A stretch of 32,000 nt of DNA, taken from the NCBI RefSeq assembly GCF_001598795.1, contig NZ_BCZP01000017.1:60001-92000 (forward strand), written 5' to 3'. Below, piece by piece: positions 24,901 through 32,000 of the stretch. The DNA comes from Delftia acidovorans NBRC 14950. Its GTDB lineage: Bacteria; Pseudomonadota; Gammaproteobacteria; Burkholderiales; Burkholderiaceae_C. The position numbers and the translations under genes were made by a program. A model generated the notes under the pieces. It made no database searches, was not told where the DNA came from, and saw only the letters and a list, made by a program, of their open reading frames with translations. Position 1 is the first letter of the stretch. Each line of letters starts with the position of its first letter.

Positions 24901-25884
24901 ATGGAGACAAGGATGCAACGCAAGCAGTTTCTGGCCGCACTGGCCTGCTCGGGCCTGGCCCTGGCCGCAGGGCCTGCCGCCCTGGCACAGGACAAGCCCC
25001 TGGAATGGGTCGTGGGCTATGCGGCCGGCGGCGGCTCGGACGTGGTCGCCCGCGTCATCGCCGAGGCCATGGGCCGCAACATGGAGCGGGTCATCGTCAT
25101 CAACAACAAGCCCGGCGCGGGCACCAACATCGCAGCCGAGTACAGCGCCCGCTCGCGCGACTACGGCAACCTCATGTTCACGGCCGACTTCGCCACGCTG
25201 GCGGCCAACCCCTTCCTGTTCAGCAAGCTCAACTACAACGCCGAGCGCGACTTCAAGCCCGTGGGCATGCTGGTGCGCTTTCCCATGCTGCTGGTGGTCA
25301 ACAACGAGGTGCCCGCCACCAACCTCGCCGAATTCCTGGCCTGGGCCAAACAGCAAAAGACCGGCGTGAGCTGGGGCTCGGCCGGACTGGGCAGCCCCCA
25401 CCACCTGGTGGGCGAACTGTTCCGCGAACAGGCGGGCATCAGCAACATGACCCATGTGCCCTACCGTGGCGCCGCCCCAGCCGTGCAGGACGTGGTCGGC
25501 GGCCAGATCCCTGCCATGTGGGCCGACAGCGCCACCATCATTCCCTTCCTGAGCGAGAAAAAGCTCAAGGCCATCGGCGTGGCCAGCCCCGCGCGCGTGG
25601 ACGTTCTGCCCCAGATCGCCACGCTGCAGGAGCAGGGCCTGAAAGGTTTCGAGGGCTATGCCTGGCAGGGCATCGTCGTGCCCACGGGCAGCTCGGCCGA
25701 GGTGGTCAAGAAGTTCAGCCAGTCGCTGCAGCAGGCCCTGGCCGACACCCGCACCAAGGCACGCCTGGCCGCCATGGGCGTGGAACCCATGCCCGGCAGC
25801 GCCGACCAGATGGGCCAGTTCGTGCGCGCCGAGCGCAGCAAGTGGGGACGGGTGATCTCGGCCAACAACATCAAGCTGGATTGA
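24901..25884 (+). CDS. Bug-family (TctC-like) periplasmic substrate-binding protein
   Basis: Signal peptide 'MQRKQFLAALACSGLALAAGPAALAQ', then 'EWVVGYAAGGGSDVVARVIAE'. An alternative start is ATG 24913, preceded by GGAGA. Confidence 0.9.
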   Translation: METRMQRKQFLAALACSGLALAAGPAALAQDKPLEWVVGYAAGGGSDVVARVIAEAMGRNMERVIVINNKPGAGTNIAAEYSARSRDYGNLMFTADFATLAANPFLFSKLNYNAERDFKPVGMLVRFPMLLVVNNEVPATNLAEFLAWAKQQKTGVSWGSAGLGSPHHLVGELFREQAGISNMTHVPYRGAAPAVQDVVGGQIPAMWADSATIIPFLSEKKLKAIGVASPARVDVLPQIATLQEQGLKGFEGYAWQGIVVPTGSSAEVVKKFSQSLQQALADTRTKARLAAMGVEPMPGSADQMGQFVRAERSKWGRVISANNIKLD

Positions 25885-25902
25885 GCGCCACGCTGCAGAT
25901 GC

Positions 25903-25931
25903 AAAAAGGCTGCCGGTCCGGCAGCCTTTTT
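25903..25931. terminator. Bidirectional Rho-independent terminator
   Basis: 'aaaaaGGCTGCCggtccGGCAGCCttttt' has an A tract upstream and a T tract downstream. It lies between the convergent Bug gene (+) and the livF-like gene (-). Confidence 0.75.
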
Positions 25932-25953
25932 CGTTGTGGCGGGGGGTTGCGTC

Positions 25954-26703
25954 TCAGGCCACCGCCGCCGCCTGCGCACTGCGCCCCATCCCCAGATAGG
26001 TATCGATGATGCGCCGGTCGTGCAGCAGATCCCTGGCCGCGCCGCTGAGGGCCACGGCGCCCATCTCCAGCACGTAGGCACGGTCGGCCACCTTGAGGGC
26101 GGCGCGCGCGTTCTGCTCGACCAGCAGCACCGAGACGCCGTGGTCGCGCAGGCCGGCCACGACCTGCAGCACCTCGCGCACGATCAGCGGTGCCAGGCCC
26201 AGCGAGGGCTCGTCCAGCAGCAGCAGGCGCGGGCGTGCCATCAGCGCGCGGCCGATGGCCAGCATCTGGCGCTCGCCGCCCGACAGGGTGGAGGCCATCT
26301 GCGGGCGCCGCTCCCTCAGGCGCGGGAAGATGGCAAAGACCTCGTCCATGCGCTGCGCCTGGTCGCGCAGGCCTCGGCGCCAGCGCGAGAAGCCGCCCAG
26401 CAGCAGGTTGTCCTCCACCGACATCTCGCCGAACAGCTCGCGCTTTTCGGGCACCAGGGCCACGCCGTTGGCCACCATGACCTCGACGCCGGGGCGTGCG
26501 ATGCGCTTGCCGTCCAGATGGATCTCGCCGCGCGAGGGCAGCAGGCCCATGGCGGCCGACAGCAGCGTGGTCTTGCCCGCGCCGTTGGGGCCGATGACGG
26601 TGACGATCTCGCCGCTGCGCACATCCAGATCCACCTGGTGCACGGCCTCCACGGGACCGTAGGACACGCTCAGGCCCTTGAGCTGCAAAAGGGTGTCGCT
26701 CAT
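25954..26703 (-). CDS. Branched-chain-amino-acid-type ABC transporter ATP-binding protein (LivF-like)
   Basis: 249 aa. Walker A 'GPNGAGKTT', signature 'LSGGERQ', Walker B 'LLLLDEPS'. Its ATG overlaps the upstream gene's stop (ATGA). Confidence 0.92.
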   Translation of the reverse strand: MSDTLLQLKGLSVSYGPVEAVHQVDLDVRSGEIVTVIGPNGAGKTTLLSAAMGLLPSRGEIHLDGKRIARPGVEVMVANGVALVPEKRELFGEMSVEDNLLLGGFSRWRRGLRDQAQRMDEVFAIFPRLRERRPQMASTLSGGERQMLAIGRALMARPRLLLLDEPSLGLAPLIVREVLQVVAGLRDHGVSVLLVEQNARAALKVADRAYVLEMGAVALSGAARDLLHDRRIIDTYLGMGRSAQAAAVA

Positions 26704-28592
26704 GCCGTCTCTCCGGTTGCCTCGTCGTCGTCGCCGCCGCCCAGGTAGGCATCCAGCACGCGCTGGTTGACCTGGATCTGGGCCGGCGTGCCTTCGGCGA
26801 TCACGGTGCCGAACTCCAGCACCGTGATGCGGTCCGCAAGATTCATGACGAACTCCATGTCGTGCTCCACGACGAGAATGCCCAGCCCCTCGCCGCGCAG
26901 CTGGCGCAGCAGGTCGGCCAGGGCCTGTTTTTCCAGGTGGCGCAGGCCGGCGGCCGGCTCGTCCAGCAGCAGGGCCGCGGGCTGGCCGGCCAGGGCGCGA
27001 GCGATCTCCACGATGCGCTGCTGGCCCAGGGCCAGCGAGGCGGCCGGCACATCGGCGAAGGCGCCCAGGCCGCAGCGCTCGATCTGGCGGCGCGCCTCGG
27101 CCAGTACCGAGGCCTCCTCGGCCCGGTCCAGGCGCAGCATGGAGGCCAGCCAGCCCCGGTGCGCACGCCGGTGCGCGCCCACGGCCACGTTCTCCAGCAC
27201 GCTGCGCTGGCCCAGCAGACGCACATGCTGGAAGGTGCGGCCCAGGCCCAGGGCGGCGAAGCGGCGCGAGGGCGCATCGTTCATGGCCTGGTCCATGAAG
27301 CGCACCTGGCCCTCGGTGGGCGAGTCCACGCCCGAGATCATGTTGAAGAAAGTGCTCTTGCCCGCGCCGTTGGGGCCGATCAGCGCATGCACCTCTCCGG
27401 CCTTGAGCGTCATGGCCACATCGTTGTTGGCCACCAGGCCGCCAAAGCGCTTGGTCACATGCTCGGCCGCCAGCAGCACCTGGCCCGCCGCGGGCAGCGC
27501 GCGCTGCGCCAGCGGCGCCGCGTCCGCCAGCTTCAGGTCGGACACGGGCCGGCGCACCCAGCGCGCCGTGAGCGCCTGCAGCGTGGGCCACAGGCCTTCT
27601 GCAAAGCGCTGCAGCACCAGCACCATCAGCAGGCCGAAGACGATGACCTCGAAATTGCCGCTGGTGCCCAGCAGGGCCGGCAATATGTCCTGCAGCTTTT
27701 GCTTGACCAGGGTGATCAGCGTGGCACCCAGCACGGCGCCCCACAGGTGGCCGGCGCCGCCGACCACGGCCATGAACAGGTACTCGATGCCCACGTTCAG
27801 GTTGAAGGGCGCCGGGCTCACGAAGCGCTGCATGTGGGCGTAGAGCCAGCCCGACAGCGTGGCCAGCAGGGCCGCCAGCACGAAGAGCTTGACGCGGTAG
27901 TGCGCCGTGTCGATGCCCATGGACTCGGCCATGACGCGGCCGCCGCGCAGCGCGCGGATGGCCCGGCCCTCGCGCGAGTCCAGCAGGTTGTGCAGCAGCC
28001 ACAGCGCCACCAGCAGCACGGCCCAGATCACCACGCCCATGGCGCGCGGCGAGGCCAGCGAGACGCCGCCGATCACCAGCGGCGCAATGCCCGTGATGCC
28101 GGTCTGCCCGCCCAGGAACTCCATGTTGCCGAACAGGTAGTACAGGCTCAGCCCCCAGGCGATGGTGCACAGCGGCAGGTAGTGGCCCTGCAGCTTGACC
28201 GTGACCGCGCCCAGCAGCCAGGCCACGACGAAGGTGATGAGCAGTCCCAGCGCCAGGCCCACCCAGGGCAGGCCCGCCGCGCCCACCAGCCCGCCCAGCG
28301 CGGCCACCGAGGCAGGCGCCGTGCACACCCAGGCCGTGGCATAGGCGCCGATGCCCACGAAGGCCGCCTGGCCGAACGAGGTCATGCCGCCCACGCCAGT
28401 CAGCATCACCAGGCCTGCGGCCACCATGGCGAACAGGCCGATGTAGCTGAGGATGACGACGGTGAAATCAGGCAGAAAGCCCCAGGACGCGGCCAGCAGC
28501 GCAATGGCCGCCACCGTGAGCACGCGCGTGCTGATGCCGCCCGAAGCGGCCTTTGCAGGCGCCGTGGCCTGCGAGGAAACGGGGGCGCTCAT
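26700..28592 (-). CDS. Fused ABC permease (LivM-like) and ATP-binding (LivG-like) protein
   Basis: 630 aa. The N-terminal ~340 aa are polytopic membrane protein. The C-terminal ATPase has 'GPNGAGKST', 'LALGQQRIVEIARAL' and 'LLLDEPAAG'. ATGA overlaps occur at both ends. Confidence 0.9.
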   Translation of the reverse strand: MSAPVSSQATAPAKAASGGISTRVLTVAAIALLAASWGFLPDFTVVILSYIGLFAMVAAGLVMLTGVGGMTSFGQAAFVGIGAYATAWVCTAPASVAALGGLVGAAGLPWVGLALGLLITFVVAWLLGAVTVKLQGHYLPLCTIAWGLSLYYLFGNMEFLGGQTGITGIAPLVIGGVSLASPRAMGVVIWAVLLVALWLLHNLLDSREGRAIRALRGGRVMAESMGIDTAHYRVKLFVLAALLATLSGWLYAHMQRFVSPAPFNLNVGIEYLFMAVVGGAGHLWGAVLGATLITLVKQKLQDILPALLGTSGNFEVIVFGLLMVLVLQRFAEGLWPTLQALTARWVRRPVSDLKLADAAPLAQRALPAAGQVLLAAEHVTKRFGGLVANNDVAMTLKAGEVHALIGPNGAGKSTFFNMISGVDSPTEGQVRFMDQAMNDAPSRRFAALGLGRTFQHVRLLGQRSVLENVAVGAHRRAHRGWLASMLRLDRAEEASVLAEARRQIERCGLGAFADVPAASLALGQQRIVEIARALAGQPAALLLDEPAAGLRHLEKQALADLLRQLRGEGLGILVVEHDMEFVMNLADRITVLEFGTVIAEGTPAQIQVNQRVLDAYLGGGDDDEATGETA

Positions 28593-29617
28593 TCTTCTTC
28601 CTCCACATGGTGGCTATTGCGCGATCGCCACCACAGCACCGGGATGATCAGCGTGAACACCAGCACCTCCTTGTAGGCACTGGCCCAGAACGACGAGAAG
28701 GCCTCAAGCAGCCCGACCAGCAGCGCGCCGGCCAGGGCCAGCGGGTAGCTGGCCAGCCCGCCCACGATGGCGGCCACGAAGCCCTTGAGGCCGATCAGAA
28801 AGCCGGTGTCGTAGTACACCGTGGTCAGCGGCGCGATCAGCAGGCCCGAGATGGCGCCGATCAGCGCGGCCAGCGCAAAGCTCACGTCGCCGGCCATGGC
28901 CGTGGGAATGCCCATGAGGCGTGCGCCCACGCGGTTGATGGCCGTGGCGCGCAGCGCCTTGCCGATCATGGAGCGCTCGAAGAACACGAACAGCAGGGCC
29001 ACCAGCACCAGGGTCACGCCCACCACCACCAGGGACTGGCCCGAGATCGTGATGTCGCCCAGGCGCAGCTGCGTCTCGGAAAACGCGGGGGTGCGCGAGC
29101 CTTCGGCACCGAAGAACAGCAGCCCCAGGCCGACCAGCACGCCGTGCATGGCCACCGAGACGATGAGCAGCATCAGCACCGAGGCATGGGCCAGCGGCCG
29201 GTAGGCCAGGCGGTAAAGCAGCGGCCCCATGGGCGTGATCAGCACCAGGGTGGCCAGTGCCTGCAGCATCAGCGAGGACGGGCGCAGCCCCCAGGCCAGG
29301 GCCACGGCAATGGCCGGCAGCGCCAGGCACCACAGGAAGGTGGCGGGCCAGCTCACCTGGCTGCCCGCGCGCCAGCGCAGCAGGTCCACCACCAGCACGG
29401 CGGCCGCCAGGGCCAGCAGCAGCCACAGCGTGGTGGGCACGCGGCCGGCCTGCATCATGGCCAGGGTGAGCGCGCCGAAGGCGACGAACTCGCCCTGCGG
29501 AATGAAGATGATGCGGGTGACCGAGAACACCAGCACCAGGGCCAGCGCCATCAGGCCGTAGACGGCGCCGTTGACGATGCCGTCCTGCCCCAGCAGCAGG
29601 GCGATTTGCAGATCCAT
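28589..29617 (-). CDS. ABC transporter permease (LivH-like)
   Basis: 342 aa. 'MDLQIALLLGQDGIVNGAVYGLMALALVLVFSVTRIIFIPQGEFVAFGA' is a typical LivH N-terminus. Confidence 0.92.
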   Translation of the reverse strand: MDLQIALLLGQDGIVNGAVYGLMALALVLVFSVTRIIFIPQGEFVAFGALTLAMMQAGRVPTTLWLLLALAAAVLVVDLLRWRAGSQVSWPATFLWCLALPAIAVALAWGLRPSSLMLQALATLVLITPMGPLLYRLAYRPLAHASVLMLLIVSVAMHGVLVGLGLLFFGAEGSRTPAFSETQLRLGDITISGQSLVVVGVTLVLVALLFVFFERSMIGKALRATAINRVGARLMGIPTAMAGDVSFALAALIGAISGLLIAPLTTVYYDTGFLIGLKGFVAAIVGGLASYPLALAGALLVGLLEAFSSFWASAYKEVLVFTLIIPVLWWRSRNSHHVEEEE

Positions 29618-29700
29618 GATCGACTTTCGAGCAGGCGCGGCCGAGCGCCACAGCGGCCGCCGCCAGGTGCGGCAGCCGCTGCGGCCTCAGGCCCGCAGGT

Positions 29701-30852
29701 TCAGGGCTGGTACTTCCAGGTGCCGTTCTCGATCTTGACCATGACGGCCGCGCGCTGGTCCAGGCCCAGGTGGTCGGTGGGCGTCATGTTGAAGATGCCG
29801 TGGGCGCCGGCCACGTCCTTGGTCTGCTCCAGCGCATCGCGCAGGGCGGCGCGGAACTCGGCCGTGCCGGGCTGGGCCTTCTTGAGCGCGGCGGGAATCG
29901 CCGCTTCGAGCACGCGGCCCGCATCCCAGGAATGCGCGCCAAAGGTCGATGCCGTGCCCTTGCCGTTGGCGGCCTCGTAGGCCTCCACATAGGAGACGGC
30001 GGACTTCTTGACCGGGTTGCTGTCGGGCAACTGGTGGGCCACCAGCACGGGGCCGGCGGGCAGCAGCGTGCCTTCCACATCCTTGCCGCCCACGCGCAGG
30101 AAGTCGGCATTGGCCACGCCGTGGGTCTGGTAGATCTTGCCCTGGTAGCCGCGCTCCTTGAGCGACTTCTGCGGCAGCGCGGCCGGCGTGCCCGAGCCTG
30201 CGATCAGCACCGCATCGGGCTTGGCGGACATGAGCTTGAGCGTCTGGCCCGTGACCGAGGTATCGCTGCGCGAATAGGCCTCGGTGGCAGTGAGCTTGAT
30301 GCCCTTGGCCTCGGCCACCTTGCGGAACTCCTGCAGCCAGCTTTCGCCATAGGCGTCGTTGAAGCCGATGTAGCCCACGGTCTTGATGCCGGCCTTGGCC
30401 ATGTGCTCGCCGATGGCGGCGGCCATCATGGCGTCGTGCTGGGGTGTCTTGAAGACCCAGAACTTCTTGGCATCCATGGGCTCGACGATCTTGGCCGAGG
30501 CCGCCAGCGTGATCATGGGCGTCTTGGCCTCGGAGACCACGTCCACCATGGCCAGCGAGTTGGGCGTGATGCTGGAGCCCAGGATGACATCGACCTTGCT
30601 CTCACTGATCAGCTTGCGCGTGTTGGCCACGGCCGCCGTGGTGTCGGAGGCGTCGTCCAGGATGATGTAGTTGACCTTCTGGCCCGCCACCGTGCGCGGC
30701 ATCAGTGCCACGGTGTTCTTTTCGGGAATGCCCAGGGAGGCCGCCGGTCCGGTGGCCGAGACCACCACGCCCACATTGATGTCGGCCAGGGCCGAGCCCC
30801 AGACCGTGGCCAGGGTCGCGGCCAGCAGGCCCAGTTTCGTCAAACGCTTCAT
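29701..30852 (-). CDS. ABC transporter periplasmic substrate-binding protein (LivK/type-1 PBP-like)
   Basis: 383 aa. Signal peptide 'MKRLTKLGLLAATLATVWGSALA', then 'INVGVVVSATGPAASLG'. The RBS context is 'acaaggagaca'. The track start at 30900 is an extension. Confidence 0.9.
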   Translation of the reverse strand: MKRLTKLGLLAATLATVWGSALADINVGVVVSATGPAASLGIPEKNTVALMPRTVAGQKVNYIILDDASDTTAAVANTRKLISESKVDVILGSSITPNSLAMVDVVSEAKTPMITLAASAKIVEPMDAKKFWVFKTPQHDAMMAAAIGEHMAKAGIKTVGYIGFNDAYGESWLQEFRKVAEAKGIKLTATEAYSRSDTSVTGQTLKLMSAKPDAVLIAGSGTPAALPQKSLKERGYQGKIYQTHGVANADFLRVGGKDVEGTLLPAGPVLVAHQLPDSNPVKKSAVSYVEAYEAANGKGTASTFGAHSWDAGRVLEAAIPAALKKAQPGTAEFRAALRDALEQTKDVAGAHGIFNMTPTDHLGLDQRAAVMVKIENGTWKYQP

Positions 30853-30887
30853 GTCTGTCTCCTTGTGTTGGATGGGGCGTGGCACCT

Positions 30888-31547
30888 TCAGGCGCCACAA
30901 TTTACCGTGGTAACTATTTTTTTGCCAGCGGTTTGATGCCCGGGTTTGCCTGGGGTCTGTACGGCCGGCAGGCCTCCGAGGAACAGGTCGGCCACCACGG
31001 GGGCCATGGCCTCGTGGTCCAGCGAGCCGTCGGGCCGCAGCCAGGTGAACATCCAGTTCATCATTCCGAACAGCAGCATGGCCAGCGCCTTGGACAGGCC
31101 CGCGCCATCGGCGTCCGGCCGCAGCTGGGCCACCGCCTGGGCAAAGGTTTCGACCACGGCGCGCTCCTTGCCCAGCACGCGCTGGCGGTCGTCGTCCTGC
31201 AGGAAGCGCACGTCCTCGGTCAGCACGCGGTGGGCATGGCGGGCATGGGCGTATTCCTGCACGAAGCGCTCGATCAGCATGCGCAGCCGCGGCTCGGGCG
31301 GCAGGCCCATGGCCTGCACCTCGTCCACCAGGGCCTGCAGCCGCGTCATGTGGCCATCGGTGATGTCCACCAGCAGCGCGTACTTGTCGCGGAAGTAGTG
31401 GTAGATGGTGGGCTTGGACAGGCCACAGGCCTGGGCCACCTCGTTCATCGAAGTGCCGGGGTAGCCGCTGCGCGCGAACAGCGCGGCGGCATGGCCCAGG
31501 ATCAGTTCGCGCTGGTCGTCGTATCCGGAAGATCGGCCTCGGGCCAT
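30888..31547 (-). CDS. TetR-family transcriptional regulator
   Basis: 219 aa. HTH 'TSMNEVAQACGLSKPTIYHYFRDKYALL'. AGGAG RBS upstream of ATG 31547. The non-conserved-looking C-terminal tail runs into the livK-like promoter region. Confidence 0.88.
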   Translation of the reverse strand: MARGRSSGYDDQRELILGHAAALFARSGYPGTSMNEVAQACGLSKPTIYHYFRDKYALLVDITDGHMTRLQALVDEVQAMGLPPEPRLRMLIERFVQEYAHARHAHRVLTEDVRFLQDDDRQRVLGKERAVVETFAQAVAQLRPDADGAGLSKALAMLLFGMMNWMFTWLRPDGSLDHEAMAPVVADLFLGGLPAVQTPGKPGHQTAGKKIVTTVNCGA

Positions 31548-31564
31548 GGGACTCCTGTGCGCGC

Positions 31565-32000
31565 TCAGCGGCTGCGGTGGTCGATCACGCGGCGGGCCTT
31601 GCCCACCAGGGTGCGCTCTATGGAATCGGGTCGCAGCACCTCGACCTCGGCGCTCACGCCGACCAGGGTCTTGATGCGCTGCTGCACCCACAGTGCCAGC
31701 GCCTCGGTGTCGCCCTGCGTGCCCGGCTGCATCTCGCAGCGCACGGCCAGCCGGTCCAGGTTGCCGTCGCGCGTGACCACCAGCTGGTACTGGCCCGACA
31801 GCTGGGCGTTCTGCAGAACGATCTCCTCGATCTGCGTGGGAAACAGGTTCACGCCGCGGATGATGAGCATGTCGTCGCTGCGCCCCACGATCTTGCCCAT
31901 GCGCCGGAAGCTGCGCGAGGTCGGCGCAAGAAGCCGCGTCAAATCCCGCGTGCGGTAGCGAATGATGGGCATGGCTTCCTTGGACAGCGACGTGAAGACC
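31565..32000 (-). CDS. Phenylacetate-CoA-ligase-family (PaaK-like) adenylate-forming enzyme, C-terminal part only (5' end beyond window)
   Basis: The frame is open to the window edge (..VFTSLSKEA MPIIRYRTRDLTRL...). 'IRYRTRD', 'GRSDDMLIIRGVNLFPTQIEEIV' and 'QYQLVVTRDGNLDRLAVRCE' are PaaK-family C-terminal motifs. Confidence 0.85.
   Translation of the reverse strand, partial: VFTSLSKEAMPIIRYRTRDLTRLLAPTSRSFRRMGKIVGRSDDMLIIRGVNLFPTQIEEIVLQNAQLSGQYQLVVTRDGNLDRLAVRCEMQPGTQGDTEALALWVQQRIKTLVGVSAEVEVLRPDSIERTLVGKARRVIDHRSR

Noticed and set aside
30915-30930. A sigma-54-like 'TGGCA' on the minus strand upstream of the livK-like gene.
   Set aside because: No GC dinucleotide (TTGC) lies at the required spacing from the GG element, and no enhancer-binding protein gene is nearby.
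1-32000. A genomic island, prophage or defence locus.
   Set aside because: There is no integrase, transposase, tRNA, phage structural gene, restriction-modification, toxin-antitoxin or nuclease/helicase-type gene. Composition looks uniformly GC-rich apart from short promoter islands. The gene content is housekeeping, metabolic and transport.

Overview
This is a high-GC chromosomal window that looks betaproteobacterial, probably Comamonadaceae-like. That inference rests on three orphan Bug/TctC-type binding proteins, the GC-rich palindromic intergenic repeats and the gene content; I ran no database search.

I call 29 protein-coding genes and found no rRNA, tRNA, CRISPR array, transposase or integrase.

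Gene order:
- The tail of a flagellar regulatory operon: flhF (5'-truncated), a gene in the flhG slot, and fliA.
- A divergent MocR-type regulator and LysE-family exporter pair, followed by a class I/II aminotransferase.
- A PhzF-family isomerase, a histidine phosphatase, a Bug binding protein, and a Bug + creatininase-family operon.
- A large DsbD/ScsB-like disulfide reductase, an unknown His/Cys membrane protein, nhaA, and a CoA-binding protein.
- An OlsB-like N-acyltransferase divergent from a dCache methyl-accepting chemotaxis protein.
- A two-part putative aromatic-acid block. The first part is IclR <-> MBL-fold protein, FAD monooxygenase, DUF2783 and Bug. The second part, on the minus strand, is a PaaK-like CoA ligase (5' end beyond the window), TetR and LivK/H/MG/F-type ABC transporter genes.

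Most long ORFs antisense to these genes are high-GC artefacts.

I see no convincing defence, mobile or other novel multi-gene system. The observations most worth a second look are:
- The flhG-slot gene encodes a MinD/ParA-like protein that has lost both Walker motifs.
- The MBL-fold protein lacks all second-metal ligands and sits next to a monooxygenase + DUF2783 pair resembling a two-component hydroxylase.
- The nhaA leader is structured and has no Shine-Dalgarno sequence.
- A phased 10-bp tandem array and CTGTAT repeats lie in the MocR/LysE control region.
- A roughly 230-nt structured region on the minus strand ends in a strong terminator.
- Near-identical hairpin repeats follow two stop codons.

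All functional calls come from motif recognition by eye and need profile searches to confirm.
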